DNA of 64,000 nt from Epiperipatus broadwayi (GCA_028023455.1 JAQFVV010000006.1:4402001-4466000), one strand, 5' to 3'; shown: positions 27,571 to 42,000, numbered from the stretch's first letter. Program-made: numbers and translations. The notes: a model not told the origin generated them from the letters alone.

Positions 27571-28999
27571 ATAGGGTCAGGAAGGGGGACGATGTCAGTG
27601 CATAGCGCTGGAATGTGCAGGGGGGAGGGGAACCGATGTTTTTACCGATAGATCTTCCAAAAGCTGCAATAGCAATGCAACCTCAGCCATTTGATTGGTC
27701 TCATATGTGTTCTCGCGCAAAGCTGAGTTTTTGCATGAGTTCTCTGCAATGGTGCTTGTCCCTACCCTTTTCCAATTGTTAAAAACCTTGAAAGTTGTAT
27801 ATGGATGCGCGGCAACGTGTTTAAAATTATTACTATGTAATACTATGTCAGCTAGGGTGTAAGATCATTACTTGGAATGTACATTTCAAGAGTTATGGCC
27901 AGTTGATTTCTAGACACCCTCTCATAATATGATAGTTTCATGAAGCATATCAGTGGGCCATAAGATTTGTGTGCAATGACATTAGGCCTGTTAATGGCTA
28001 ATATGAACAGAACTGTTCTAGAGGCTGTAAATTTGGCCCCCAAAACAGCATTTTTATGTGTTTTGGCACATAAAAATCACCATCAGGCAGCTTGTATGGT
28101 CTAAAAAAATAAGTACCGTTTTATAGCTGGCCATTGGTTAGAGCAATATATGGACCATCCCTTTTGATGCAAGGAAGCTTAATAAACTTGGGAAGATCCA
28201 TTTGTTACACAAAATGTTTTGTGGGTTCACAATGTGTCCCAGTAGCTGCTTGCATAACCTACTTAGAATCTATGAGTTACATACTAACATAGTTTAGGTA
28301 CACAATATGCTAACTGCCATATCTGACCTTGCCTTATCTGTATCATGAGTTAGGACATGTAATGTGATAATATCTTTCATATTGCTCTCCATGCCATTAC
28401 ATCATCTTGAAAAATCATGTAAAACCTTTTTTAACTCAACTACTCACAGTTATTTAAACATTTTAGTAACAATTTTGCCCAATTTAAAACAAATTCAATT
28501 TTAATATCTTCTGTTATGGGTTAAGGTACGAAACACTGAGACATTTCATATCATAACTCATAATCCAGATATGCTTGCACCTTAAAATAATTATGGTGAA
28601 TAGATAAACTATGACAATATGAAAATATCTACGTTGATTCAGATAGCACTACAGGAAACTTGAAGAGACAGTCAATCATTTTTTTTTACTGAACATATAG
28701 TATATATATAATAGAATCATAATTATTTAAAAGTAAAATAAATTAATTTAAAACTATTAATATTTTACAAATGTTTCATATGAAGTAGTTGCTATTAGTA
28801 ACAGCAACCATTTAGCAAAATATTCGGCCATTCTATTTCCAAGACACAGAAATATGCTAGGGGTTGAATTTTGCAATGACTATAAAAACCAATCTGTAAA
28901 CCACAAATATGTTCACATATATAAAATTCTGGTCCATTATTTGTTATTTTATAGTACTATCTTTAAATTCTTCAGCAACGAACCTTTCTGTCTGAAATA

Positions 29000-29960
29000 T
29001 TTAAACACTAAGTCTAATTCTAGCTTTCTGATATATTTTATGTCTTTTCTGCCAATGAAAGTCATTAACACTGAACTTCTTTAGAATGGTTTTTAGATAA
29101 TCTTTATGAGGCAAACGGAGTCAGCCTCTTTCACAGAAACTGTGCTCAAATACACCATAAAACACCCTTCTAGGATATCTTGCATAGTCCATTCATTTAC
29201 ATATCCAATCCAGTAAAGATGTGATTTTAAACTAATGAATTCAATAGTGTCATATCTAGCAAATTCAAGAACATATTGAATGGTTTTTATGATCTTGACA
29301 TTCTATCTTTAAAATTTTAGGATGCATTCTTAAGTGAAGTTTTTTTTAACTTCTTTATGTTATACTGATAAGGTGTCCAAGTGTCAATTCCATGCAATAA
29401 ATTAGGTAAACTGTCAGTTATATATCCAGCTAATTTAGCTGTGATGGGTTATTTTATTGTGACAAAGTAACCCAACTTTTAATTTGTTAAAAGTAGCATC
29501 AGAAATATTGGAACTCATCCTGCACATCAGTGCCTAAATTTTGTACATACATATTGTTGTCTTTATGGATGATTATGACAAATACAGACTCATAAAAATA
29601 AGTTTAAATATTTATTAATGGAAAAGTGTGTATTTATAATATGTATAACTGTTATATTTTCACCCAATGTTGTTGGTTAGGTACAACATTTAGTTGCCAT
29701 GCAATTATTAACGTAAGGGACTTCAAGTACCCTTCTAGGTTTACCTACCACTTCCAGCTGACAATAATAGCTTACCTTGTGAATAAGTATGGTGATACTT
29801 CTGGCTGTTTTGTGACATCTTGCCTCATGTCTGAATTAAGTTCTAGGATCTTCCAGTTCCAATGTCACTTGCTTCACTGCTTTTACCTTATTGTGGACAA
29901 CATTTGTATTGCCTTTTAGATCTGGCAGTAAATTGTTGTCTCCCTTACCTCTGACTGAAC
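29000..29960 (-). mobile_element. Degraded RTE-like LINE 3' portion
   Basis: Minus strand MDYARYPRRVFYG and ETWT-like remnants. Confidence 0.45.
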
Positions 29961-30209
29961 TGATTATTTATAACCAGATCCCCATTCATATTAAAAATAG
30001 GTGGATTCACTAAACATCATTACCGTTGCTCTATTATCTATTCATATATTTATTGATCTGTGGTGATGAATGCTGAATCCAATCGGGATAAGATGGAATC
30101 TGGATTAGCCCATTAATTGAAAGTAAGTTGGGATATAACACACATATATATATGTAAACAAAAAAATCAAGTCATATGTCATGTGACTTGTTTTAAGCTT
30201 GTATTACAG

Positions 30210-30502
30210 ATGTGTAATATAGGGAGTGTGCTAATAGCTCTAAACAAGCTTTTTTAATAAATGCCGCAAGAGAAAGCATTTAAAAATCTCTATCTAGAAT
30301 TATCCCTAACCCCAAACTGATTTCGAGCTGTTGGCTCTTCTCAGTGAAGCACTAGGATAGTGGCTGAGGAGAGCTAACAGCTCGAAACTGGTTTGGTTTG
30401 AGGTTAGGGATAATTCTAGATATAGATTTTTAAATGTTTTCTCTAGCAGCACTTACAATAAAAACTTATTAGAGCTATTAGCACGCTCCCTATATTACAT
30501 AT
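30210..30502. mobile_element. Family B fold-back element; ~55-bp tail on left
   Basis: Inverted arms homologous to 25333-25573 (gctaatagctcta...tagagctatta). Confidence 0.85.
30364..30393 (+). ncRNA. Hammerhead core (family B)
   Basis: CUGAGGA-GAGC-UAACA-GCUC-GAAAC-UG-GUU; stem II GAGC/GCUC covaries with AAGC/GCUU at 25453. Confidence 0.65.
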
Positions 30503-31822
30503 ACATATATATATATATTTATTTATTTTCATACAATTTCTGAATGGTAAACCTTATGTATATGGCTGAAAGTTATTCCTACTCCTAGTATTTAAATCTT
30601 CTTGAAAAATAGAATCAATCTGCTGCATTTTATTGATACATGTTAAAGCCGCCCTAGCTAATCATCTAGTTATGGTCTGTAAAAGGATCTCTATTCTTAA
30701 CGAGGAATGAAACATGGTGGAAAAATCATTCAATAACTTGAGAAGTGATTGTTGTTAGCTTAGTAGGTAATCACAAAAGGAGAATAATAAATAGTTGATG
30801 TTTAATGTTAATTCAATATATTTTTAGAATTCATGCATTTGTGAAAATATTTGAATAATCATATTCATATATGTAATATGTATGTAATTTATAAATATTA
30901 ATTAGGAGTATTATATGCAGTATTAACTTCATTATTTTTTCTATTGCATATGGTCAAATTAGCTTCTATTCCTGGTGATCATATGAATGGCATTCATAAA
31001 CGTTTTCAGTATAATATATTCAAAAGGTTATGATCGCTTTTTCTATGCAATATGAAATGATTCTCTTTCGCCATAACTATAAAATCATAACCCAATATAA
31101 ATATTAGAAATGTGATGTTAAAACAATTAAACAATTGAAGGACTGTAAGACAAATAGTTCCTCAATATGAAAGTTTGTTAGAAGAGGGGGGGGGTGAAAC
31201 AAAATAGGTTTTAGTATAAAGCAAGAGTTTATACAATTAACCGCCGCAAAATATTATACTTACTTGCTTATATCCTTAATCACATTTATTTTGGATTATC
31301 GTGAATTGTGAATAACTTAAGCACGGCATATTCAAATAATTAATTTCTTTTAAATTATTATTTTTATTAATTGTAATATAATTTGTTAATGTGTAATTAA
31401 AATTCTATATGGCATAGTTATTACTGATTGAGAAAGCATGGAGGAAAATAATATTCAAGCTAGTATAAATAGAAAACTGGAACCATTCTAATGGAAATTA
31501 CTTGGGCAGTTGTCTTAATTTACAGGAAAAAATAATAAGACAAAGGATTTTGTACAATTTTTTGTAAGTCATGGATAAAATTGTAAGGACATACTAAAGT
31601 ATCTAAGAAAAATGTATTTTCTTAAATAGGAATATGTCATTATGACTACGAGCACCAGTATAGAGATTTCATAGTCTGTAGCACTGAGTTTATTTATGCC
31701 TTAGAATATCATGTTAACATAAAAGTCAGCAATCTGAAAAAATATTAAATTCAAAAATCAATAATTGAGAAGGAAGAGGTATTTTTTGAAACACTTGGTG
31801 ACGCTCTAAACTGTTGAATTTT

Positions 31823-31910
31823 AACATCTATTCTGTAATAATCTATAGGATTATTAAAATTTGGGGAACATCTATTCTATAATAATCTATAGGATTACTA
31901 AAATTTGGGG
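31823..31910 (+). repeat. 44-bp tandem duplication
   Basis: aacatctattctRtaataatctataggattaYtaaaatttgggg twice. Confidence 0.9.
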
Positions 31911-32488
31911 ATTTTCCTCCATATTAGAAGTTTCTAATTATCATGTATATCATTGAGCAAGTGGAGGAAATTTCAGAAAAATATATGTATAACTCATGGC
32001 AAAAATATATATATCTGTATAAGCCATTTTTCTACACCACATTGGTTTTAACATTATAGCTTTAATGGGAGATTATTTCTCCAATACTTTTTCTTAAAGT
32101 TAGTAGGTTTTAGAGATCCGAAAATTTCCTTTTCAATGAATATCTTTTGATATGCAGTCCAATACTTGAGAATTTCATCTTTATTCGCTAAGTCATTGTT
32201 CTTTACTAATCACAATTATATTTTCTTTATTTTATGCAAAAATTTGATAAATGCTATTGTGTTACTAGGATATAATGAAACATTTTGATATGATTACTAT
32301 TATAGGAAAATACATTTGAATATTTCTATATTAGGTATAGATCATCCTGCCCTAGCGATTACAGTATCCATCTCCATGTTCACATTCTAGAATTCAAATT
32401 TAGTTTTGAAAACTTACTCAGGTTACTCACATCCTCTTCGAGAAGTATAATAGCTGCTCTTTCTTATTGCATTGCCAAATGTGTGCCA

Positions 32489-32745
32489 TATAATACTAAA
32501 TTGTTCAGGCACTTTACCACTGTTACACAATGATTTATTTACCACCCTTTCTTACAGTTTACAATTTCAATTGACCCAGCAATCTTCTTCAGAACTTTAT
32601 ATCTCCCAACCTCAACAGTTGAAGTTAGAAGATATAAAGTTCTGAAGAAGATTGCTGGGGCAATCGAAATTGTAAACTGTATGAAAGGGCGGTAAATAAA
32701 GCATTGTGTAACAGTGGTAAAGTGCCTGGACAATTTAGTATTATA
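32489..32745. mobile_element. Family D fold-back element
   Basis: Near-perfect inverted arms tataatactaaattg...caatttagtattata. Confidence 0.85.
32633..32683 (+). ncRNA. Hammerhead ribozyme (family D)
   Basis: AGUU-CUGAAGA-A-GAUUGC-UGGG-GCAAUC-GAAA-UU-GUA-AACU; stem I extends to 8 of 9 pairs; mirror copy on - strand at ~32556-32596. Confidence 0.72.
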
Positions 32746-33339
32746 CAGTTACTCGCATCCCTTAGGATATTTTATTTAGATAATCAGCCCTTGGCCAACC
32801 TAGTTGGCATTCGAATATTGGTCAGTAAACGAAGTAGCCAGGGAATAAAGATCCCAAATGAGTTTGGTTATTAGCTAAGCAACACTTTTCTCTATGCGAT
32901 GGTAAACATAATCTTAATATGCTGTAACCTATTGTTAATCAAATTAGAAGCAATCGGATCTTACCAATTGAAAAACTAAGAAAAGTTACATGCTTATAAT
33001 ACTAAAATTTGGATTATTATATTTCTGCGTCTCTCAAATTTCATAAATTTTTACGACAATATTTCCGGTAGAAAAAATATTGAATTTGCCTAATATATCC
33101 AATGCATCACTCAGATTCATAAATAACATCTATTACAAATGAAGTTATTGCCTCTTTGGATGTAAAATTCTTGGGGGGAAATTTTCAAAAAATGTCATCA
33201 TGGGAAGAGTTAAACCATTAATCAATACAGGGAGCATGGAATATTGTCACTTAGTGATTTATAACTGCATATTATTCTTATCTATTAATGCTAGAAGTGT
33301 GATAGCCGTTGATGTAATGCAATGTCTCATTGAAGATCA

Positions 33340-34170
33340 TGTAATCATCATCATTATCAATCCACTGCAGGATGGTCTCTCCAAGTTTAATAATCACCCC
33401 TGCACACTTTCTTATTTCATCCATCCATCTCACATGTGGTCTCTTTCTGGGTCTTTTAGAATTTCTTGGAATCCAGTTTAAAATTTCAATTGTCCATCTA
33501 TTATCATCTCTTCTAGTGATATGTCCAGCCCAACTCCACTTCAATCTTTTAATTTTTTCAATGAGGTCAGTAACACCTGTTTGTTCTCTTACCTATACAT
33601 TGCGCTTTCGATCTCTTCTTGTTACTCCCAACATACATCTCTCCATACTTCTTTGAGTGGTCCGAAGTCTCTGTATTGCTCTTTTATTAAGTGTCCAAGT
33701 CTCATATCCATAAGTAAGAACTGGTAAAACATATTTGTTAAAAACCTTCCTTTTCAAACACCTAGGCATATTTCCTTTTAGTATCAAGTTATTTCTACCA
33801 AAAGCACTCCAACCAAGTTTAATTCTATAATTAATTTCCTCCATTATGTTTCCATCTGTATTAATAATCTGACCAAGGTATTTGTAACTGTTAACTTCGT
33901 TTAATTCACCATAATCAATCTTTATTTTTATATTTTGAGCAAATCGATTAAACATTACTTTAGTCTTTTTAACATTTATCTTTAGTCCTACTTTCCTACT
34001 TTCATCTGATAATTCCTGCAACATATCCTGGAGCTCTGAAACATTATTTGCAAAAACAACTACATCATCTGTGCAATCTAAATGACTTAAAAATAATCTC
34101 CATTTACTTTCACTCCTTTAGTTTCTCATTTTAATCCACAAAATACTTTTTGCAGCACTGCTTTGCGTGA
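33340..34170 (-). mobile_element. 5'-truncated RTE LINE (best preserved copy)
   Basis: ORFs 33593-34024 (GLKINVKKTKVM...YKYLGQ...LTYGYETWT) and 33278-33544 (KWSWAGHITRRDDNRW); 3' gatgatgat tail. Confidence 0.93.
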
Positions 34171-34345
34171 TATATTCTATATCATGTAATATAATGATGT
34201 AGTTGGCCTTGCCCGATGAAACATATCATTTAAATTGTTAAAAGATATACTGCACATTGGAGTTTGGTACTTTTATCAGAAGAATAAAAGGAAAAGCATT
34301 TATTTGAATGTAGTTATCGTTGTCTAGCCTATCCTGCTTCTGTAA

Positions 34346-34825
34346 TTAAAATAGGCAAAACTCTCCATACAGTAGTGCCACTCAGTGCAAGTCAGAGCAA
34401 TCAATGGATACCAGATAGTCTGTGCATAAAATCCCTATCTAGTGCCTACTCATCCAATATCCCCAGACTAGTTTCTAGCCTGTGGCTTTCATCAGTGAGA
34501 AGAAACCTTGGATCTGAGAGCACTGCACGTGGATCTTAGGATCTAGTGCAACCCTCCAGCAGCCACCTTATATCTCTACTTAACTACAAAACTGAGAATA
34601 AAAGGTGGCTGCTGGAGGGTGGCATTAGGTCCTAAGATCTAGGTGCAGTGCTCTCCGATCCAAGACTCCTCACTGATAAAAATCACAAGCTAGAAACTAA
34701 TCGGGGATATTGGATGAGTAGACACTAGATAATGATTTTATGCACAGGCCTTCTGGCATCCATTAATTGCTCTGGCTTGCAGTGAGTGACACTACTGTAT
34801 AAGAAATGGTGAACATGTGATGCTT
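34346..34825. mobile_element. Family A fold-back element with tail and 14-bp TSD
   Basis: Inverted arms; TSD tgcttctRtaatta at 34335-34348 and 34821-34834; intact HHR in left arm (- strand). Confidence 0.88.
34461..34500 (-). ncRNA. Minimal type I hammerhead ribozyme (family A)
   Basis: Minus strand: UCUCA-CUGAUGA-A-AGCC-ACA-GGCU-A-GAAAC-UA-GUC-UGGGG. Confidence 0.75.
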
Positions 34826-35039
34826 CTATAATTACAGCTGATGTTAACTGTAATCTTAAATTGTAAAATTTTACTTTAAGAAGCATTAGATTATGCATTG
34901 AGATTTTTTTTTTATCTTGCCATTTTTCAGTACTCTTTGTTTATAAATTATACTAACTTCCATAGAAGAAATTCGTCTTTCTTTTTTTGTGTGATCAAAC
35001 ATACATTTGGGATAGCTATTACATATTTATTGATGTACA

Positions 35040-35370
35040 TCTTGAAAAGATCTTTCCACTCAAGAGATTTAAAAACTGTACAGTGAGCGACAGAGCCAAA
35101 AGCATTTGCCAAGTCGAGCCAAGCAATGCAGTAAATGTGATGATTGTGTCTGGCATCAGTCACACAGAGCAGAAGAACAAAGTTATGTTCAGTACACCCA
35201 TCTACTGGGATAAATTCTTTCTGGGAGTCACTTAACCACCTGTGAGATTTAGCCCACTGGTACAAACAGCTTGCATACAGAACTGTATAAAGCTTTCCAA
35301 TTGTGTTGCATAATGTGATCGAATGCCAGTTAGTGACAAGGACCTCCAAGTTATCCATGATACTCTAAAC
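35040..35370 (-). mobile_element. RT fragment of a NeSL/Utopia-like (RLE-clade) non-LTR retrotransposon
   Basis: W.SITLCNTIGKLY...WAKSHRWLSDSQKEFIPVDGCTEHNFVL...AWLDLANAFGSVAH. Confidence 0.8.
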
Positions 35371-35845
35371 AGGAAAATGGATGCCAATTAGCGACATCCT
35401 CCAAGTTATCCTTGTTGAGCCTATCTTGTTTCAATAATTATGGCAGTTCATTAACTATAATCTTGAAATATATGATTGAATATCGAGAACAGTAGGTTTG
35501 CATAGATAATTTTTTTTTGTTTTTTTTTTGACATCTTTCCGTACTCATTATAGATTATACTTTCCATGGAGGAAATTAGTCTTCAACTGGTGTGGCATTG
35601 GTGCAATTTTGCTTAATATAGACTCAAGAAGTGGGCATCTGGTTCCTTCCAGATTTTTTCTCCACAAACATTTATCAGACATATCTATTTTACTTCAGAA
35701 CAAAAGTTAAAGTAATATTTTAATGGAGCATGTTTGTTTCCGAATTATTATATAATCTTTTCAGCTAATAATAGTAAATAAACTTAGATTAATTTAACTT
35801 CTTTTCGTTATTAATTTTTTCATGTTTGTTTTACGTTTTTTAAAG

Positions 35846-36045
35846 CTTCCTGAATGCCTTTGTATTCACCTTCAGCGTACAGTCTGGCTGAATAACGGAA
35901 TGCCTATGAAACGTTACGAGCATGTTCAGTTTCCCGAGTATTTACAAATGGATGAGTATGTACGAAGTAAGCGCAACAAAAGTCCAGAAGAACCTTTTTT
36001 TGGTAGTAACCGCTTAGTTGGTGGAAACACTGGTTTAAAGGATAG
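35846..36045 (+). CDS. USP30: USP30-like exon
   Basis: 200 nt, LPECLCIHLQRTVWLNNGMPMKRYEHVQFPEYLQMD...; GT at 36046, phase 2. Confidence 0.94.
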
Positions 36046-39000
36046 GTAAAAAACAAATTTAAGAACTTTATTTATCTAATACGTTGTTGTTTTCTTTTAA
36101 CGTAGAATGGTTTATTGGATTGCTTTTACTCGTATATTATAACAATGAGAATAATTTATTTCACATGTGCACATATTATATACACCCCAACACATAAGTA
36201 CTGTGATAAACACTGAACCATTTAGAAAAAAAATTACATTATGTTTATTACAGTTATTTATTTAAAATATAAAAATTATTTAAAAATTATGAATAATAAA
36301 TATAGTGATATGTGCCAGTGGGGGGAAAAAAGGAATTTTACAAACTGGAAGAATCCTAGGGTCTTATGAATGTTAACAGTATTTATAAAAGCAATGTTTG
36401 ACTTGATAGTCATAAATACTAGTGAAGTAATGGCAGTATATATGTTTCATTATATGCTATATATATATATATTGTACCCTCACTTCTCGATATATGATAT
36501 AATTTAAAATAAGACTAGCTCAATTAAATCATTATGCTCAGCTAAAATATGTACAACTATCTTTAATATATTTTTATAATATTATAACTTATCAGATTTA
36601 TTACAAACTTATCAAAAATTAATATAGTTCAATATTATGTACTAATTAAATAAATATTTACTAAAATCATGAGACTGTGAAGTGAAGTTACAATTGGTAA
36701 TCAGATTTACATTGAGTCAATGTCTTTCCAAGACACTGTCTCAATGGCATAAGAATACTATTACTTCTTTATTATCTCATTACTAACTCTACAGCACTCT
36801 TATGACTTTTATAAATGAACTATCTTTAATAATAATAGATAAATAAATCTCAATCTTTTGTTAAGGAACTATAATTAAATGATCTCAGGTTCTTCTAATT
36901 ATCTTAAAGTAATAATAATTCATGTAGATAGGAATGATAAGGGATTTAATATCAAACCTAAATACACCTAACTTATTCTAATAACAATAACTAACAATAA
37001 TAATAATCTTTAGGGTATAACTTAATCTTATCTATTTGATTATACTATTAATCACTAAGAAAATAAGTAAATCATATACATGTCTTTCATTTCCATATAG
37101 TATCTTAATTTTAAAATATACCAAAATCTTATAATTTAACAATCTGTGGCAATAAATAATATTATACTCTTATATTGTGCATTATAATTACTTTATGACC
37201 ATTGTAATATTATATGTTAATGTCAATCAATTTCTATAAATTATATTAAGAAAATATTGTGTTTCTTTCTCAAATAATAAAATAATAAATTCATATTGTG
37301 CAAATATTATGTACATTCAAATTATCTGTTGTCAAATGCTGTGGTGTAAAATAATGAATTCGACACACTTTTAAACAACTTAAACAAATTTATTTACATC
37401 AACTTTAACAAATAATTTATTTACACTATTTACATTTAAATGGAACTAAAGAAAATAAACAAAAATAAGAAAAATAATAATACAAGTTTTTTTACACTGT
37501 TACTATTTCCATAATCATAAGTAGATAATTTATACATTTATTAAATGTTCTATCAATAACATTTAATTAAGTTTATGACTTTAATTTTAAAATATAAGAA
37601 AAGGTTTTATGTAAGATATCATTCATGTAGCATGTATGTAAATAAACCAACTTTAATAATTTAAAATGCTATTTCACTTAAGTCTTACTGCTATTTATAT
37701 TATAATGTATTAGTATGTAGTATATTTACTATTAATATTACTCAAAGATCAATTAATGTATAAACTGATAGAACTTTGTAATATAATAACAATTATTGAT
37801 TATCACTGTTTATTTCATTCCGATATAATGTCATACTACATGTCTTATCAAAATATGCAATAGGTATATGTTCTTTTAAAAATAATATTTTAAATTATTC
37901 AATAATTTCAACTTTTATAAAGTATAATGTTAAATAAAATTCTATGATTCTTTTCCATTTTAATTATTACACTTTTACTTGTTATTCCTATTTCCTCCTA
38001 ATAAACTTCTATCTACAAATACCATTTTAACCTTATTTAACTTTAGAAAAATAGATGACCCATTTTTAAACAAAATAATAATGATCCAAACTCTCTTATA
38101 CCTCATCCTCAGTATACAATAAGCCTTCAATCAAGATATAAATTTCTATGTAAAATTAACTTACTTATCTAATAAAAATAAAAATAAAAATATAGACTTT
38201 ATATACTTCTTACTAACTTTAAAAGAAAAATAAATAACTTACGCTAATAAAATCTAATTCCTAATATTGTAACAGAAACATTAAAATTTATTCACGAAAG
38301 AATCATATAATTATTTCTAGGTTCTCATATTACGTTGTACTAAATTTACATCATCAATTTAAAATATGCATATTAAAATAAAACTGCTATTATTAATCTT
38401 GTGCGTGTATATTATTTAAACATTAATACATTCATTCAATAATCATATAACATTTGGTTGATCTAAAGAAAACATAGTAAATACATCAAATTATTATTAT
38501 TATTACACAATTTTTACCATAAATGATACTTCAATGTACAGTCCGTCACACGATGTCCTCCAAGATTTCAGTTTTACAAAATAATTTCACATTTACACTC
38601 AACAATTATTCTTTAAAATATTACGTGTTGTATAATTATAAAATAAACTTTATGCAATAAAAAGTTATATTAACATTTAGTTATTATTTTAAAAAAATGT
38701 AAATGTACCTTTCCTATCTTTAATAAATCAATAATTAATTAAATATTTATGTTAGTTAATAAATAAAAAACATATTACATAACATCCAACGGTGTTTTCT
38801 TCCATTATAATTGTTCTTTTTCCTAGGCACAAATTTTCACCAAACATTACTTCCTTTTCCGGTACATCACGTGTTTTTTAAAAGTTTTTATGAAATAAAT
38901 GAAAACGTTCTTTTTTTAAAAAAAATAAATAAAAATAAAAGTCAAAGTCAGTTCCACCATAAACAAAATAAAATTAAAATAGTTTATAGGATCCATATTC

Positions 39001-42000
39001 ATTTCTTCTTAAGGAAAAAATATTATTATTTAAAAGTTATTATTTTTAGAATTAGTCTATAATTTATAAAGTTCTTGTTTAATTATTTTAATTGATTTGG
39101 TTTGGATATCCACATGTAATTTATTTGCGCATTCCGTAACAGATACTTAGGTAAGATTACTTTTAAAGTCTTTTATACGACCAGCGTTTAGACTTTTAAT
39201 ATAACAATTTTATTTATAGGTACGTCTTTACCCATTAAATTTCCAATTTATTTGCCTTTTAAAACTATCAAAATTTAGTCTTTTAAACTATAAAGACTTA
39301 ACAAGGCAAATATTTATATAATTATTGTTACATATTATATCTTTACCAAGATATATATTTAAATTTATAATTTACAAATACTTGCTTCATAAAGAAGTAT
39401 TTCTCATTCTTTTAAATATCTATTTTATAAACATTAATTACGATCAGCTTTTCAATTTATACAAAGTCCAACGTATTATTTTTATGCATTTAGAAACTCT
39501 CCAAGTTAATCCAGCGTTTGTTAAATTTTTAGTATAAAGTCTCCAATATATTTTATCCTCATACGATGTCCTCATGATTATTTGATAGTAAATTGAGCTT
39601 CAATAAGGAAACGATCAATAGGGAACTATAATAAATTAACACTGCATATTCATTGGTAACTTTTATAAATTATTTTAAAAAACTACTCTCTAATAATTTT
39701 AAAACGATTTTTAGAGCGTCTATAATTACTTAGCTATTTTTAATAGCACCTTTTACTTTAAGAATTTCAATCACAAGTCCCCTCCGAACAATTGAACCTT
39801 GGTTTTATACCGGAAGAAAACTCCCACTTGATTGGTGAATTAAACAATTGACTTGCTAGCTTATTTACATATTTCACCAACAAGACAGAATTAAAAATAA
39901 ATAATGACTTATTTAATATTTATTATTTATCACATTATTAAATTCTTAAATTAATCCTTATCATTTATTTAAATCCATTAAACATTTTTTTAAAATATAC
40001 TTTCTTACTTTATTTCACTTTTAACTTTTATAAGATTATTTTTATAAACAAACTAAGTCTATTTTTATTCGTTATGTTTTTAAGCAGTATTTTAAAAATC
40101 AGATTTAATATTTCACATTAATTATTTTTACTTTTATCTCGTGATAGCAAATATAATATTTATAAATTTTATAACAGAATTTTTAAAATAGCTTTGCAAC
40201 TTTACTAAAAAACTTCCAAGCATGTGTGTATGTATTTAATTAACATCTGATATACAACAGAACTACAGACGCTTGTAATAATCTAAAAATAAACTAACAA
40301 TTCACTTTTTAAAAATAAATACTTTTAAAATAAATAATATATGATAACAGTTTTTAAAATAATAATTCGATATTATTAAAATCAAATATTAATCTTCTAT
40401 TATGTATTACTAACAATTAAAATATTTATATTCATTTATTAAATATTAACTTTTATCAACAATAAATATATGCATTTAATTTTAACTTGTCTTTTTTAAA
40501 ACTTTAACTTTAAACATTTATTTATTAAATTTATTTATGCAGTATTGATCATGGCCAGTTTTCCCAACCATATATCATTATCACTCCCATTGAAACGTCT
40601 CTCTCAAACATCAGCACAATTTTTACATATCAAATACTCATGAATTACTTTAATTACACTTTTTAAAAGATTGTTATAAACAAAATTAAAATCATATAGC
40701 TAAATATATCTTAAATTTAAAATTTTTTAATATATTGCTACAATAATTTATGGAAAAGGGCACAATATATATGTTGATAAGATTGTTTGCAATTTTTTGA
40801 TGGGAAGCTCCGTGTATGAAGTTTAAAACTATTTTGATTAGATTTACTAAATAATTAAATAAAAAAAATATATATTGTATTGCTCTTCTGGGATAATGTG
40901 ACTCTGAACAAAAATTTTTTCATTAAAAGTACGTGTTTGAAATCATATAAAACCGTTTGCATGAAATGTAAAAAATTAGCTAATCTTACCATGCAGCTGC
41001 AACACATCTTTGTCTGACCTTTTTTATTTTTGAATTGTAAGAATGCATTTTTTTTTAAAATTCTTCATTCTTACTTTCCAATTTATTCTCAGATGCTATA
41101 GGTTAAAATGTTTTAAATAATAATTTGCCCTCCTATAACTTTTTCTCAATAATGTTGGCCTAAGTCACACTTTTCATTCATATAATGGGGCTTTGAGAAA
41201 ATATTTATTGCCTTCATCTTATCCTCAATTAGCATTTATATTAAAATTGAGGTTGTGTTTTGTTAATGTAGTAAGTGAATATATGGCTGATGAATCGGAG
41301 GCCTTCCTAACTGCAAAAATAGATTCTCCTTTTCTAAGGTTAATTGTAGGATCAGTCTGCCTAATGTTCAAAAGTTGGTGGCCCCCAGTGTGATGTTTTG
41401 TAAATGCCCATGGCATTCTAAAGGAATTTCCTAACATTTGTAAAATTCCATTCCAGGACTGCCAATTTTTATGCGTTTGTAATTATTGTCAGAAAAGGAG
41501 AATATAACTCGGGGCTATTTTTCTCCATATCAAACTAAAAGAACATTAAACATTTTTAATATACAATGTTTGGCAAAAATTGGTCAATGTGACCAGAGGT
41601 TATTAAGAGAGGCTGTGGGAATGCTTAAAAAGCACAAATTAATGAGAAGTCTGAATTAAATAAGATCAGTTGTATTTAAAAAAAGTTTTTGGAGGAAAAA
41701 TCAAAATTTAAACTCCTCAACCATGACAGTTTTTTATTTCTTTTAATTACCACAAGGGCTCCATTTCCCAGATACCTGTTGATACTATTGCTTCTACATA
41801 TATATATATATATTTGCCTGCAATATAGTTATTTATTAATGTGAAATTGCAATGCAAATAGCCTATAGGATCACGGAGTATATAATTTATATCATAAATA
41901 ATTAGTATGCTTTCAGCATATATGTTCCATCATCATAGTTAATGTAAGCGAATATTGTTATTTATCTTTCTATTTAAAGTCCAATAGGAAGTAATTTTTT

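Noticed and set aside
36100-40700. Mitochondrial insertion (NUMT)
   Set aside because: No recognisable mitochondrial protein, rRNA or tRNA motifs despite the high AT content.
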